A DNA stretch of 64,000 nt. Source: Laetmonice hystrix. Taxonomy: Eukaryota. Positions within the stretch are counted from its first letter, which is position 1. The number at the start of each line of letters is the position of its first letter. The stretch spans positions 18,662,001-18,726,000 of the forward strand of contig OZ249451.1 of the NCBI GenBank assembly GCA_965235115.1, in the 5' to 3' direction. The translations under genes and the position numbers were made by a program. Shown here piece by piece: positions 53,062-64,000 of the stretch. Under the pieces are notes generated by a model. That model saw nothing but the letters and a program-made list of their open reading frames with translations. It made no database searches and had not been told where the DNA came from.

Positions 53062-53300
53062 TGGCCCTGTCACACCTTGCCGGATAGCATGAACGGATCA
53101 TCTCCATTTGCATGCGTTTCTTCTCCGTTTCTCGTTCGCCAAATGCGTTCCTTGTCAGGCGAGGTCCGTTCAATTCAGAGAAACGCTTGAGGGCCTCGAA
53201 TAGCAACGGAGACGACTTTCACCCCCGGATGGTTAATTTTGACAAAGTTTCTTTCCGTCGCACGTCCGTTTATGCTATCCGGCAAGGTGTGACAGGGCCA
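53062..53300. mobile_element. MITE with 36-bp TIR (35/36 match) flanked by TTAA
   Basis: TTAA|TGGCCCTGTCACACCTTGCCGGATAGCATGAACGGA ... reverse complement|TTAA. TIR looks Harbinger-like; superfamily uncertain. Confidence 0.88.
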
Positions 53301-53539
53301 TTAAAATCTCACCCTCTGACAGTCAGCCTCCAACTCCTACCTGTTGCTTGACCTACAAACACAAGAGCTTGGCGAGATTATATTTGTTGGGGTTCCGCCA
53401 GCTACTGATGAGGGGTAGGAACTTGATACATTTCTCCTCACTATATTCGTTTCCAGTAAACCAGATATATCATTATCCTGCCACAATCGGAAAACACTCA
53501 TGTGTTACAGTAGTCATGATTAAATAGGGGGGGGGGATT

Positions 53540-53833
53540 TGTATTATAATTACAGCCCCTAAAGTAAGACATTTGTATTATAATTACAACCCCTGAAGTA
53601 GGACATTTGTATTATAATTACAGCCCCTGAAGTAAGACATTTGTATTATAATTACAGCCCCTGAAGTAAAACATTTCTATTATAATTACAGCCCCTGAAG
53701 TAAGACATTTCTATTATAATTACAGCCCCTGAAGTAAGACATTTCTATTATAATTACAGCCCCTGAAGTAAGACATTTGTATTATAATTACAGCCCCTGA
53801 AGTAAGACATTTCTATTATAATTACAGCCCCTA
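53540..53833. repeat. 34-bp minisatellite (~8.5 copies)
   Basis: TTGTATTATAATTACAGCCCCTGAAGTAAGACAT repeated. Confidence 0.95.
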
Positions 53834-55897
53834 AATTCTGTCATACGTCTTACCAGATCACAGATGAGTTGATCGCATCTAGGCACGACTTGCTGCCATT
53901 ATTCGCATATATTATAAGATATCATAGTCCACTAACCGCTGACGATTTACTCCTGGAAGCTTTTGTTCCACTCATGGAAGCCAATGTCTACTGGTATCAT
54001 TTTTCCATGGCTTTGAGGCACAAAGGATCTTCTTCTGTATTAAGCCAACAGAGTGAAGAAGGATGTAATATGTTTCCATATTGACTTCGCCTGAGCCAGA
54101 TGTATAGGGATATAAATCTATTACCAAGGAGACAAAGACATCACAGAGACAGGAGTGTGTACCGGCCCTTACAACAACATTGTCCATCGTATCGGCCACT
54201 GAAGTCCTCACATCAGAAAGACACCAGCGCCGATCAGAAAGCTGGTCTAAGAGAGGTCGATCAGTACATCCATCATCCCATAACTTTTTCTCCGTTGTCG
54301 ATTTAGCAGAGTCTTTGATCCCGCTCGGATACCAGTGTGGTTGCCAACGAGAGCTACAGACTATCTTCCCTCTTTGAAAATTGATGGAAACGTTTTGTCA
54401 TAAGAACAGACGCGATCAAAGCTGGTTTATCAGGCTGACCCGCGCCCGCCACCAGGGGAAATAACTCGAGTGAGCAAAGCGAATTATGACGATCAATTTT
54501 CGAGGGTCAGTATCTTTAGAGTTTCATCTGAACATGAAATTTCCATGCAAGTTTGAAGCTGCCGTTTCCACCTCGGTACTTGCTCACAATACTCCCTGAG
54601 GACCTCTATCAGTGGTTCACTGTGATTGGTTGACAACTGGCCCACCACACAATCTCAACCAATGAGATTAACGTTTCAACTTTAACTGAAGTTTAATACC
54701 AAAGAGGGCAAATCAGCGTCGATGGGGCTTGCACTGCAATAGGAAATTGACGCAAGTTTTGCAGTATTTTGTTTTGCTGGGAAGGAGGTGCAGTATTGGT
54801 AGAGTTCCCCTGTGTGAAGGTGGCCATTACATCAAATCCATTTGGCGTCATCAAATCACAAGAGGTGGCTTTTCTCCTCCCCCCCCCCCTTTACTAAATT
54901 TCCCGGATAAAAACATTCTACTCTTAAAGGATTGAGTTATTTTGACAGTAATGTTGCCATGAAACAGTGGAGAAACAAAGTCATTGCTTTGATAACATGA
55001 CTATTGGACAACATCACTTTTCCTTATTCAGCGAAATGGCCATGGATACTGTGGCTGATTTAGATTACAACGTTTTGTTTTAATATTGAATCTTTATAAT
55101 AATATCGCCAGGACTCCCACCACTGACTTCAGTACAGAGATCATTTTTCATTTTAATTCAACTTTTCTGAATTTATTTATAGGCAGGAGTGCTAATAACC
55201 TGAACCCACCTACTCCTCGAGGTGATTACACTAATCATCAGGAAGGAGCCTGTACTTGTTCATTTCGGTTCGAAAAACTAAAAGTACTCTCAGAGCGAAG
55301 ATTGGGAATATTAGATTTTAAAAAATCACCTCCTAGGTTATATCTTATATTTGACAAAACTGGTACCTGGTGGGCATAACAAAAAGTTGTCGGACTGTGA
55401 CGTTGAATATTTCAAACCCTATACGTCACAAGAGTGAATAGATACCTCGATGTTCTTAATATCTGGTGAGATTTTCAAATTGGTCATCATTACATTTGTG
55501 TCGGTGACAAGAATACCCGTTAACATATCATGTAGCAGGGATTATAGACATTAATTACCGCCCACACGGCCGCATCATCTCTCTGATCGACTCACTTCTG
55601 ACAGATGTCGAAATCAGCTACAGATTACAAGGAGGTGCCTTTGAAGTTTGGGTCTTTGATTCAGCGTGGCTGCCTTGTGAAGTGTAAGGGCCTTCTTATC
55701 AATGCTAATTGGAACGGTGGGTTCCGGAGAACATTTCCCAGTGGAGTCAGGTAGAGTGTCAATCTACACAGAATGTTCTTTCATGTGATAGCTTGTCGGA
55801 TCTAATGTAAGACTTCATTTAATGTGCGCCAGGTTTATCTGACACTGCATCAAAATCTGATAAAACACAACCTCATTCCAACCTGTCACTGTCAGGT

Positions 55898-57012
55898 ACT
55901 GCCTTATCTCACACACTGCCTTATCTCACACACTGCCTTATCTCACACACTGCCTTATCTCACACACTGCCTTATCTCATACACTGCCTTATCTCACACA
56001 CTGCCTTATCTCACACACTGCCTTATCTGACACACTGCCTTATCTCACACTGCCTTATCTGACACACTGCCTTATCTCACACACTGCCTTATCTCACACA
56101 CTGCCTTATCTCACACACTGCCTTATCTCACACACTGCCTTATCTCACACACTGCCTTATCTCACACACTGCCTTATCTCGACCACTGCCTTATCTCACA
56201 CACTGCCTTGTCTCACACACTGCCTTGTCTCACACACTGCCTTATCTCACACACTGCCTTATCTCACACTGCCTTATCTCACACACTGCCTTATCTCACA
56301 CACTGCCTTATCTGACACACTGCCTTATCTCACACACTGCCTTATCACACTCACTGCCTTATCTCACACACTGCCTTATCTCACACACTGCCTTATCACA
56401 CCCACTGCCTTATCTCACACACTGCCTTATCTCACACACTGCCTTATCTCACACACTGCCTTATCTCACACACTGCCTTATCTCACACACTGCGTTATCT
56501 GACACACTGCCTTAACTCACACACTGCGTTATCTCACACACTGCCTTATCTCACACACTGCCTTATCTCACCCACTACCTTATCTCGCACACTGCCTTAT
56601 CTCGCACACTGCCTTATCTCGCACACTGCCTTATCTCGCACACTGCCTTATCTTACACACTGCCTTATCTCACACACTGCCTTATCTCACACACTGCCTT
56701 ATCTCACACACTGCCTTTTCTCACACACTGCCTTATCTCACACACTGCCTTATCTCACACACTGCCTTATCTCACACACTGCCTTATCTCACACACTACC
56801 TTATCTCACACACTGCCTTATCTCACCCACTGCCTTATCTCACCCACTGCCTTATCTCACCCACTGCCTTATCTCACACACTGCCTTATCTCACCCACTG
56901 CCTTATCTCACCCACTGCCGTATCTCACCCACTGCCTTATCTCACACACTGCCTGCCTTATCTCACCCACTGCCTTATCTCACCCACTGCCTTACCTCAC
57001 ACACTGCCTTAT
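55898..57012. repeat. 17-bp minisatellite (~65 copies)
   Basis: CTGCCTTATCTCACACA repeated. Confidence 0.98.
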
Positions 57013-58364
57013 CAGTTATGTTAAATACTACATTATCAGATGAACTACGTTGCGCACTGCCTTACCTTTCAGAACATTTAGTTAACCTTCACCATTTTTC
57101 TTTTGGACAAATCCTTCCTATTCTGCCTTAAAACATTTCCAATTGTTAAACTGGTGTATAAAACTCCGCACAGCTATCCATGAAGAATAAAACGCACCCC
57201 ACCTTCATGAACGACATCATTTACAGTTGTATCAATACACCGAATAAACAAAATCAATTATCCGTCTATTGACAGCCTGAACATCAAAGAGTTCTACTTA
57301 AACAGAGTGAGTGCCACGCCGGTACGATTTCTATTTACTGGCTATAGATGTATCAGCTATCAGCTCGGAGAGACCCATGCGGCTTGGTCTCGGGGAGAGA
57401 GAGGCTCTAGGGAATTGGGCAATCACGATCTACGTTACATTCTGACGTGGTAAGTCTCGCCGTGCAGGGAGCTAAGGCGCTGCTGATTGGTCCCGCCTGA
57501 GCATCACGTGACACACCTCGGGGCTGTGGCGGCGTCGTGCGCGGACGAAGTCAGGAAGTCCGACTTCCCGCTACTGTTTCCCCATGGCTGTATCTACTCC
57601 TGTGGCGGAGAGGGGGTGAGAAAGGAGGTCGTGTCAGCTTTATCTGATCGCATCCACTGTGGCCATTAAGAGTACGAACGCTGATCTATGCCACGACACG
57701 GATCCTATTCAAAGCCACTCCATTTGTGGAAAGAAATGACGCCGAACTCCGAAGTGGGTCGGGAGTGCTCGCGGTGGCGGTCCCGACCGACTGGAGAACG
57801 GACCCCGGACATCCTGCCTGCCTCCTCCCGTCTCCTCCTGCCTCTCACTCTCACCTATCTTTGTCCTGGTGTAACAAAGCCTGATAGCATTCGGAATGAT
57901 TCCGTGTACAGTGAGTGCTATACCAGGGCGTCGATTGAGGACTATAGGGACCGTACCGACGCCCTGCCCTACGGTTAGGATTACATCCCTAAAACTGATA
58001 CAGTCTCGTACACATTGCCGGGCCGTGGGAGAATACGTACATACTGCCGCCATTGGCTCACTGCTATACCAAACTACTTATCTAATCCAGCTGATCGCAG
58101 TTCATCACAACCCGGGGCCATGCAATTACACCCTGCTCAAAATATGTTAACTCTTCCTAGAATGATGATTAGTACATGTAAATGTTAAAGGCAGTCTTTA
58201 TATCAAAATCAACCAAAGTTGATTTTTCACAGAGGATTGTTTCTAGATAGTTTAGACACTTTAAACACTATTGGCACTACCATAGAGACGTATAAGCAGC
58301 GATTTCCACGAGATTCAGAACATTTTTCACCGCTCCTTGTCTCAAAGGGCCTGCCCACTGACGG

Positions 58365-58470
58365 CACGTGGCGTGTGTTTACTGACGTGATACCTAGACT
58401 GAACACCGCGCGCATGCGCGTCTGGTTTTCTTTCGACTGAAACGGCTCCAAGAACGGTTATGGCGGCCGC
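58365..58470. promoter_or_regulatory. Promoter-like motif cluster (E-box, CRE half-site, NRF1-like palindrome, YY1-like ATGGCGGC)
   Basis: CACGTG at 58365-58370, TGACGT at ~58383, CGCGCATGCGCG at 58409-58420 and ATGGCGGCC at 58460, in a CpG-rich setting. No associated gene identified. Confidence 0.3.
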
Positions 58471-59434
58471 CGCAATGTAGGCCTACTTGTATACGGGGTG
58501 GTGCCAGACGTTGTCACTCAGAGGAGATGCGAATGAACCTAATTAGTTATGCCTCCGCAAGGGGTAGATTTAGAATCACTGCATTGAATTGGATTTAAGT
58601 CGGGTGTCACAAATTTGTACATGGAAGTAGGGGCCTACTTATTGACCACCCTGGGACACATGCAAGGCAGGCCTGTCTGAATTCCGCAATTTAGTACATT
58701 ATAATATCAGTTATTTTGAATCATCTTGTATATACACGGTGTTTCTAAAAAAATTAACATGTAACTTCTCCCTCCGATATCTCCACAAACATCCCCTATT
58801 ATTTTTTCTTCCGCGGCTTTTCGAAATTCCTGGATCCGCCCCTTGCATTGCATGCGCGCGCACGCATTTTCAAGTGAGAAAAAACATGGACAACATGTTA
58901 TTCTACCGACTTAGATCTTAATATTAACGAGTGGCCGGTTGGATGGAGGAGGGGGTGGGGAATTGCACTTCGTGACCCACATTAAACAAACCTCATTCCA
59001 AGACGCTGCGTGATCCTGTGTATCACTTACGTATACACCTACCTACCGGACGGCTCCCACGACTAATACATGTACAGCCGTTAAAGACGTACGCCATACA
59101 CTTTCTGGCGTCGTTAACATACACGATATTGAATACAGATAAAATGTTATAAAGAAAATTGTATTATTTAATCTAAGTGCCAATCTCATTTATCACCGAC
59201 CACGATAGAAAGCAAAGGCTTGGGAGCAAACCTTCCACAACGAGTGTTAAATATTTATACAGTGATCCGGGGAAATTCCAGCTTCAATATATCAAGCTCC
59301 AATACTTGGAGTCACTTGTGTAAATCCAGGAGTCAATACCGAGTCTATAAGTAGTATGGGCAAAGTGTCGTTCTGCTCAGGGCATGTTAATATCTGAATG
59401 ACATTCCTAAAAAAACGAAATATTGGGGGCCCTG

Positions 59435-61100
59435 TGAGATCAAAGGTATATGATACAACACAACCTAAGTGTCCACCATAGACTGCGAACCCTATTGTTT
59501 CCCTGGGCCTTAGATATATTCTGAGATCAAAGTTTATATGATACAACACAACCTAAGTGTCCACCATAGACTGCGAACCCTATTGTTTCTCTGGGCCTTA
59601 GATATATTCTGAGATCACAACCTAAGTGTCCACCATAGACTGCGAGCCCTATTGTTTCTCTGGGCCTTAGATATATTCTGAGATCACAACCTAAGTGTCC
59701 ACCATAGACTGCGAGCCCTATTGTTTCTCTGGGCCTTAGATATATTCTGAGATCACAACCTAAGTGTCCACCATAGACTGCGAGCCCTATTGTTTCTCTG
59801 GGCCTTAGATATATTCTGAGATCACAACCTAAGTGTCCACCACAGACTGTGAACCCTATTGTTTCTCTGGGCCTTAGATATATTCTAAGATCAAAGGTAT
59901 ATATGATACAACACAACCTAAGTGTCCACCATAGACTGCGAACCCTATTGTTTCTCTGGGCCTTAGATATATTCTAAGATCAAAGGTATATATGATACAT
60001 CACAACCTAAGTGTCCACCATAGACTGCTAACCCTATTGTTTCTCTGGGCCTTAGATATATTCTGAGATCAAACGTCATATGATACAACACAACCTAAGT
60101 GTCCACCATAGACTGCGAACCCTATTGTTTCTCTGGGCCTTAGATATATTCTGAGATAAAAGGTTGTATGATACAACACAACCTAAGTGTCCACCATAGA
60201 TTGCGAACCCTATTGTTTCTCTGGGCCTCAGATATATTCTGAGATCAAAGGTATATGATACAACACAACCTAAGTGTCCACCATAGACTGCGAACCCTTT
60301 TGTTTCTCTGGGCCTTAGATATATTCTGAGATCAAAGTTTATATGATACAACACAACCAAAGTGTCCACCATAGACTGCGAACCCTATTGTTTCTCTGGG
60401 CCTTAGATATATTCTGAGATCAAAGGTTATATGATACAACACAACCTAAGTGTCCACCATAGACTGCGAACCCTTTTGTTTCTCTGGGCCTTAGATATAT
60501 TCTGAGATCACAACCTAAGTGTCCACCATAGACTGCGAACCCTATTGTTTCTCTGGGCCTTAGATATATTCTGAGATCAAAGTTTATATGATACAACACA
60601 ACCTAAGTGTCCACCATAGACTGCGAACCCTATTGTTTCTCTGGGCCTTAGATATATTCTGAGATCAAAGGTATATGATACAGCACAACCTAAGTGTCCA
60701 CCATAGACTGCGAACCCTATTGTTTCTCTGGGCCTTAGATATATTCTGAGATCAAAGGTTATATGATACAACACAACCTAAGTGTCCACCATAGACTGTG
60801 AACCCTATTGTTTCTCTGGGCCTTAGATATATTCTGAGATCACAACCTAAGTGTCCACCATAGACTGCGAACCCTATTGTTTCTCTGGGCCTTAGATATA
60901 TTCTAAGATCAAAGATCATATGATACAACACAACCTAAGTGTCCACCATAGACTGCGAACCCTATTGTTTCTCTGGGCCTTAGATATATTCTGAGATCAA
61001 AGGTATATGATACAACACAACCTAAGTGTCCACCATAGACTGCGAACCCTATTGTTTCTCTGGGCCTTAGATATATTCTAAGATCAAAGGCCATATGATA
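59435..61100. repeat. ~88-bp minisatellite with interspersed 69-bp deleted units (~20 copies)
   Basis: GATCAAAGGTATATGATACAACACAACCTAAGTGTCCACCATAGACTGCGAACCCTATTGTTTCTCTGGGCCTTAGATATATTCTGA and variants. Confidence 0.97.
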
Positions 61101-61297
61101 CGACACGTAGTGCGCCCATACAATTTGAAATCACTGAGACGTCATAGATAGGGGGCAGGGTAACCTATCTCAGAAACGACCTTCCACCCGATACCCCTTC
61201 AAATATGTCTGGCTATACACACGCATTAATCACGTAAACTCGTTATCTGACGGGAGGGGATCTCCATCTCAGAGATCACAGCACGCTTACTGCCACA

Positions 61298-62190
61298 ACG
61301 ATGGTGTTTGTGGCGAGGACTGACCTCACAACGATAGTGTTTGTGGCGAGGAGCGACCTCACCACGATGGTGTTTGTGGCGAGGACCGACCTCACAACGA
61401 TAGTGTTTGTGGCGAGGACCGACCTCACAACGATGGTGTTTGTGGCGAGGACCGACCTCACAACGATGGTGTTTGTGGCGAGGACCGACCTCACAACGAT
61501 GGTGTTTGTGGCGAGGACCGACCTCACAACAGTGGTGTTTGTGGCGAGGATCGACCTCACAACGATGGTGTTTGTGGCGAGGACCGACCTCACAACAGTG
61601 GTGTTTGTGGCGAGGATCGATCTCACAACGAAGGTGTTTGTGGCGAGGACGGACCTCACAACGATGGTGTTTGTGGCGAGGACCGACCTCACAACAGTGG
61701 TGTTTGTGGCGAGGATCGACCTCACAACGATGGTGTTTGTGGCGAGGAACACCTCACAACGATGGTGTTTGTGGCGAGGACCGCCCATGTTTGTGGCGAG
61801 GACCGACCTCACAACGATGGTTTGTGGCGAGGACCGACTTCCCAACGATAGTGTTTGAGGCGAGGACCGACCACACAACAATAGTGTTTGTGGCGAGGAC
61901 CGACCACACAACAATAGTGTTTGTGGCGAGGACCGACCTCACAACAATGGTGTTTGTGGCGAGGACCGACCTCACAACAATGGTGTTTGTAGCGAGGACC
62001 GACCTCACAACAATGGTGTTTGTGGCGAGGACCGACCTCACAACAATGGTGTTTGTGGCGAGGACCGACCTCACAACAATGGTGTTTGTGGCGAGGACCG
62101 ACCTCACAACGGTGGGGTTTGTGGCGAGGACCGACGCCTCACAACGATGGTTTGTGGCGAGGACCGACCTCACAACAATAGTGTTTGTGG
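61298..62190. repeat. 33-bp minisatellite (~27 copies)
   Basis: 11-codon period (MVFVARTDLTT). Confidence 0.97.
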
Positions 62191-62769
62191 CTCCAAGAAT
62201 GTTGCTGCGGTTTGCCAAATGAGACAATGCGTATTAATTGAAGGTCGATTTAGTTCTCTCCTAATATGCACCGTCAGTGAGAGTAACGGTCATACATACA
62301 CAGCTGGTACCCGTGAATAATCTGGTGTTTGCATTATTGTCGGGAGAAATGTTTCCTGTTTCAAGTTTTGCTAAAACTGCAAACGCTGAAAACACATCAG
62401 TAAAATAACGGAGAACCCCGAGTGGTTGGCTACAGTTGACTTAAACAGCCATCTACATGAATACAAACATTGACCGGTGCTTGCACAACGCACCATTTAC
62501 ATATCTCTATGTGAAAGTGGCGCGCTCTCATTCCGGGAGTGCTACATTTGGCAGCCGGGACGGGCCGGTGAGCGCTCGGGCCGGTGAGCGTATCGGGACG
62601 GTTAGTGTATCAGTTGGGCCGGTTAGCATATCGGGACGGTTAGTGTATCGGTCAGGCCGGTTAGTGTATCGGTTGGGCCGGTGAGCGTATCGGGACGGTT
62701 AGCATATCGGTCGGGCCGGTGAGGGTCGGGCGATGTGAACAGGGCCCAGACTGTGATAGTGGTAGCATT

Positions 62770-63430
62770 GATCGGATCTCCAATGTAGGGAGTGAGGGAG
62801 GGGGCCCCAACAGCCCCTCACTGTGAGCCCCCCAGTCCCCCAGTCCCACCGTCCTCCAGTGTAGGGAGTGGAGGGAGGGGGCCCCAACAACCCCTCACTG
62901 TGAGCCCCCCAGTCCCACCGTCCTCCAGTGTAGGGAGTGGAGGGAGGGGGCCCCAACAACCCCTCACTGTGAGCCCCCCAGTCCCACCGTCCTCCAGTGT
63001 AGGGAGTGAGAGAGGGGGCCCCAACAGCCCCTCACTGTGAGCCCCCCAGTCCCCCAGTCCCACCGTCCTCCAGTGTAGGGAGTGGAGGGAGGGGGCCCCA
63101 ACAACCCCTCACTGTGAGCCCCCCAGTCCCACCGTCCTCCAGTGTAGGGAGTGAGAGAGGGGGCCCCAACAGCCCCTCACTGTGAGCCCCCCCAGTCCCC
63201 CAGTCCCACCGTCCTCCAGTGTAGGGAGTGAGGGAGGGGGCCCCAACAACCCCTCACTGTGAGCCCCCCAGTCCCCCAGTCCCACCGTCCTCCAGTGTAG
63301 GGAGTGAGAGAGGGGGCCCCAACAGCCCCTCACTGTGAGCCCCCCCCCCAGCCCCCCAGTCCCACCGTCCTCCAGTGTAGGGAGTCAGAGAGGGGGCCCC
63401 AACAGTCCCTCACTGTGAGCCCCCAGCCCG
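62770..63430. repeat. ~69-77-bp GC-rich minisatellite (~9 copies)
   Basis: CCAGTCCCACCGTCCTCCAGTGTAGGGAGT..GGGGGCCCCAACA.CCCCTCACTGTGAGCCCC repeated. Confidence 0.95.
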
Positions 63431-64000
63431 TCCCGCCGTCCCACAACGAGTACCCCACATATACTCTCAACCATTCATTTCACCCTCGATTGTTGGGTGT
63501 TGTTAACGGGTGGCCCTGGCGTCTACATTCCCGATCACCCCCCCCCCACCCCCCACCCCCCGGTACAAATCGGGGCGATGCGCCAAGAAAGTTTTCGACG
63601 TGGAAGGAGAGGTCTTACACGGCATTAGGCGACCCAACACTCGTCTGCCCAAAACAGCTAGTTGATTTTTTTATTCCACCCTTCATTAAATAAATACGCC
63701 CAATTCCTGGGCCTATTGTATTTTATCGCGCATGGATCTAATTTACAATTCTATGGAACGCGTTAATGTATTTTATCGTTCTGCCTAGCAAAATTACGGC
63801 TCATATTTATTCTGCTTTATTCCATGGGGAGACACATTTCGTAACGCATGTCAAATTTCAGCTGTTAAAATAACACGATAACTCATCTCCATCAGGTAAA
63901 ACGAGCTATAAATTTCGCATGAATGACGCAGATTTTAAATGTAGATCCATCTGAATTTGATCTATTAATAGCCATCCCGTTGTTCCCATTGACAGTGCCA

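Noticed and set aside
57850-57985. Minus-strand exon-like stretch (DVILTVGQGVGTVPIVLNRRPG...) with slight Calx-beta resemblance
   Set aside because: Splice-like sites exist on both strands and the similarity covers only a few residues; the frame cannot be determined.
15524-62227. Long ORFs at 15524-16148, 18738-19343, 20507-21001, 39696-40322, 48231-48916 and 61276-62227
   Set aside because: They are translations of tandem repeats that happen to lack stops, often open in several frames and on both strands, with no domain content.
9075-63430. Regularly repeated units as CRISPR arrays
   Set aside because: The arrays are head-to-tail repeats without unique spacers, there are no cas genes, and the context is eukaryotic.

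Overview
This looks like eukaryotic (animal-like) genomic DNA, mostly non-coding. No host gene could be identified with confidence. The one clear protein-coding entity is an apparently young tyrosine-recombinase (YR) retrotransposon of the Ngaro/DIRS class on the minus strand (301-5476), inserted in a 109-bp minisatellite. It has several unusual features. (i) Two identical 198-bp direct repeats sit at its very ends, like LTRs, with no second B repeat. (ii) gag (395 aa) overlaps the next ORF by a few codons containing an A_AAA_AAC -1 frameshift heptamer followed by a small hairpin. (iii) One 1124-codon ORF carries nine ~29-aa repeats, RT, a C-terminally incomplete RNase H and a complete tyrosine recombinase in a single frame. 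(iv) The target array shows a 32-bp duplication (or equivalently a 77-bp deletion) across the insertion. The remaining ~58 kb holds about 20 unrelated mini/microsatellite arrays (roughly a quarter of the window by my estimate), several MITEs (three with CAG/CTG-type ends and 5-bp TSDs), a SINE fragment, a 143-N assembly gap, two promoter-like motif clusters and one exon-like segment. Most ORFs in the supplied track are artefacts of repeats or chance.
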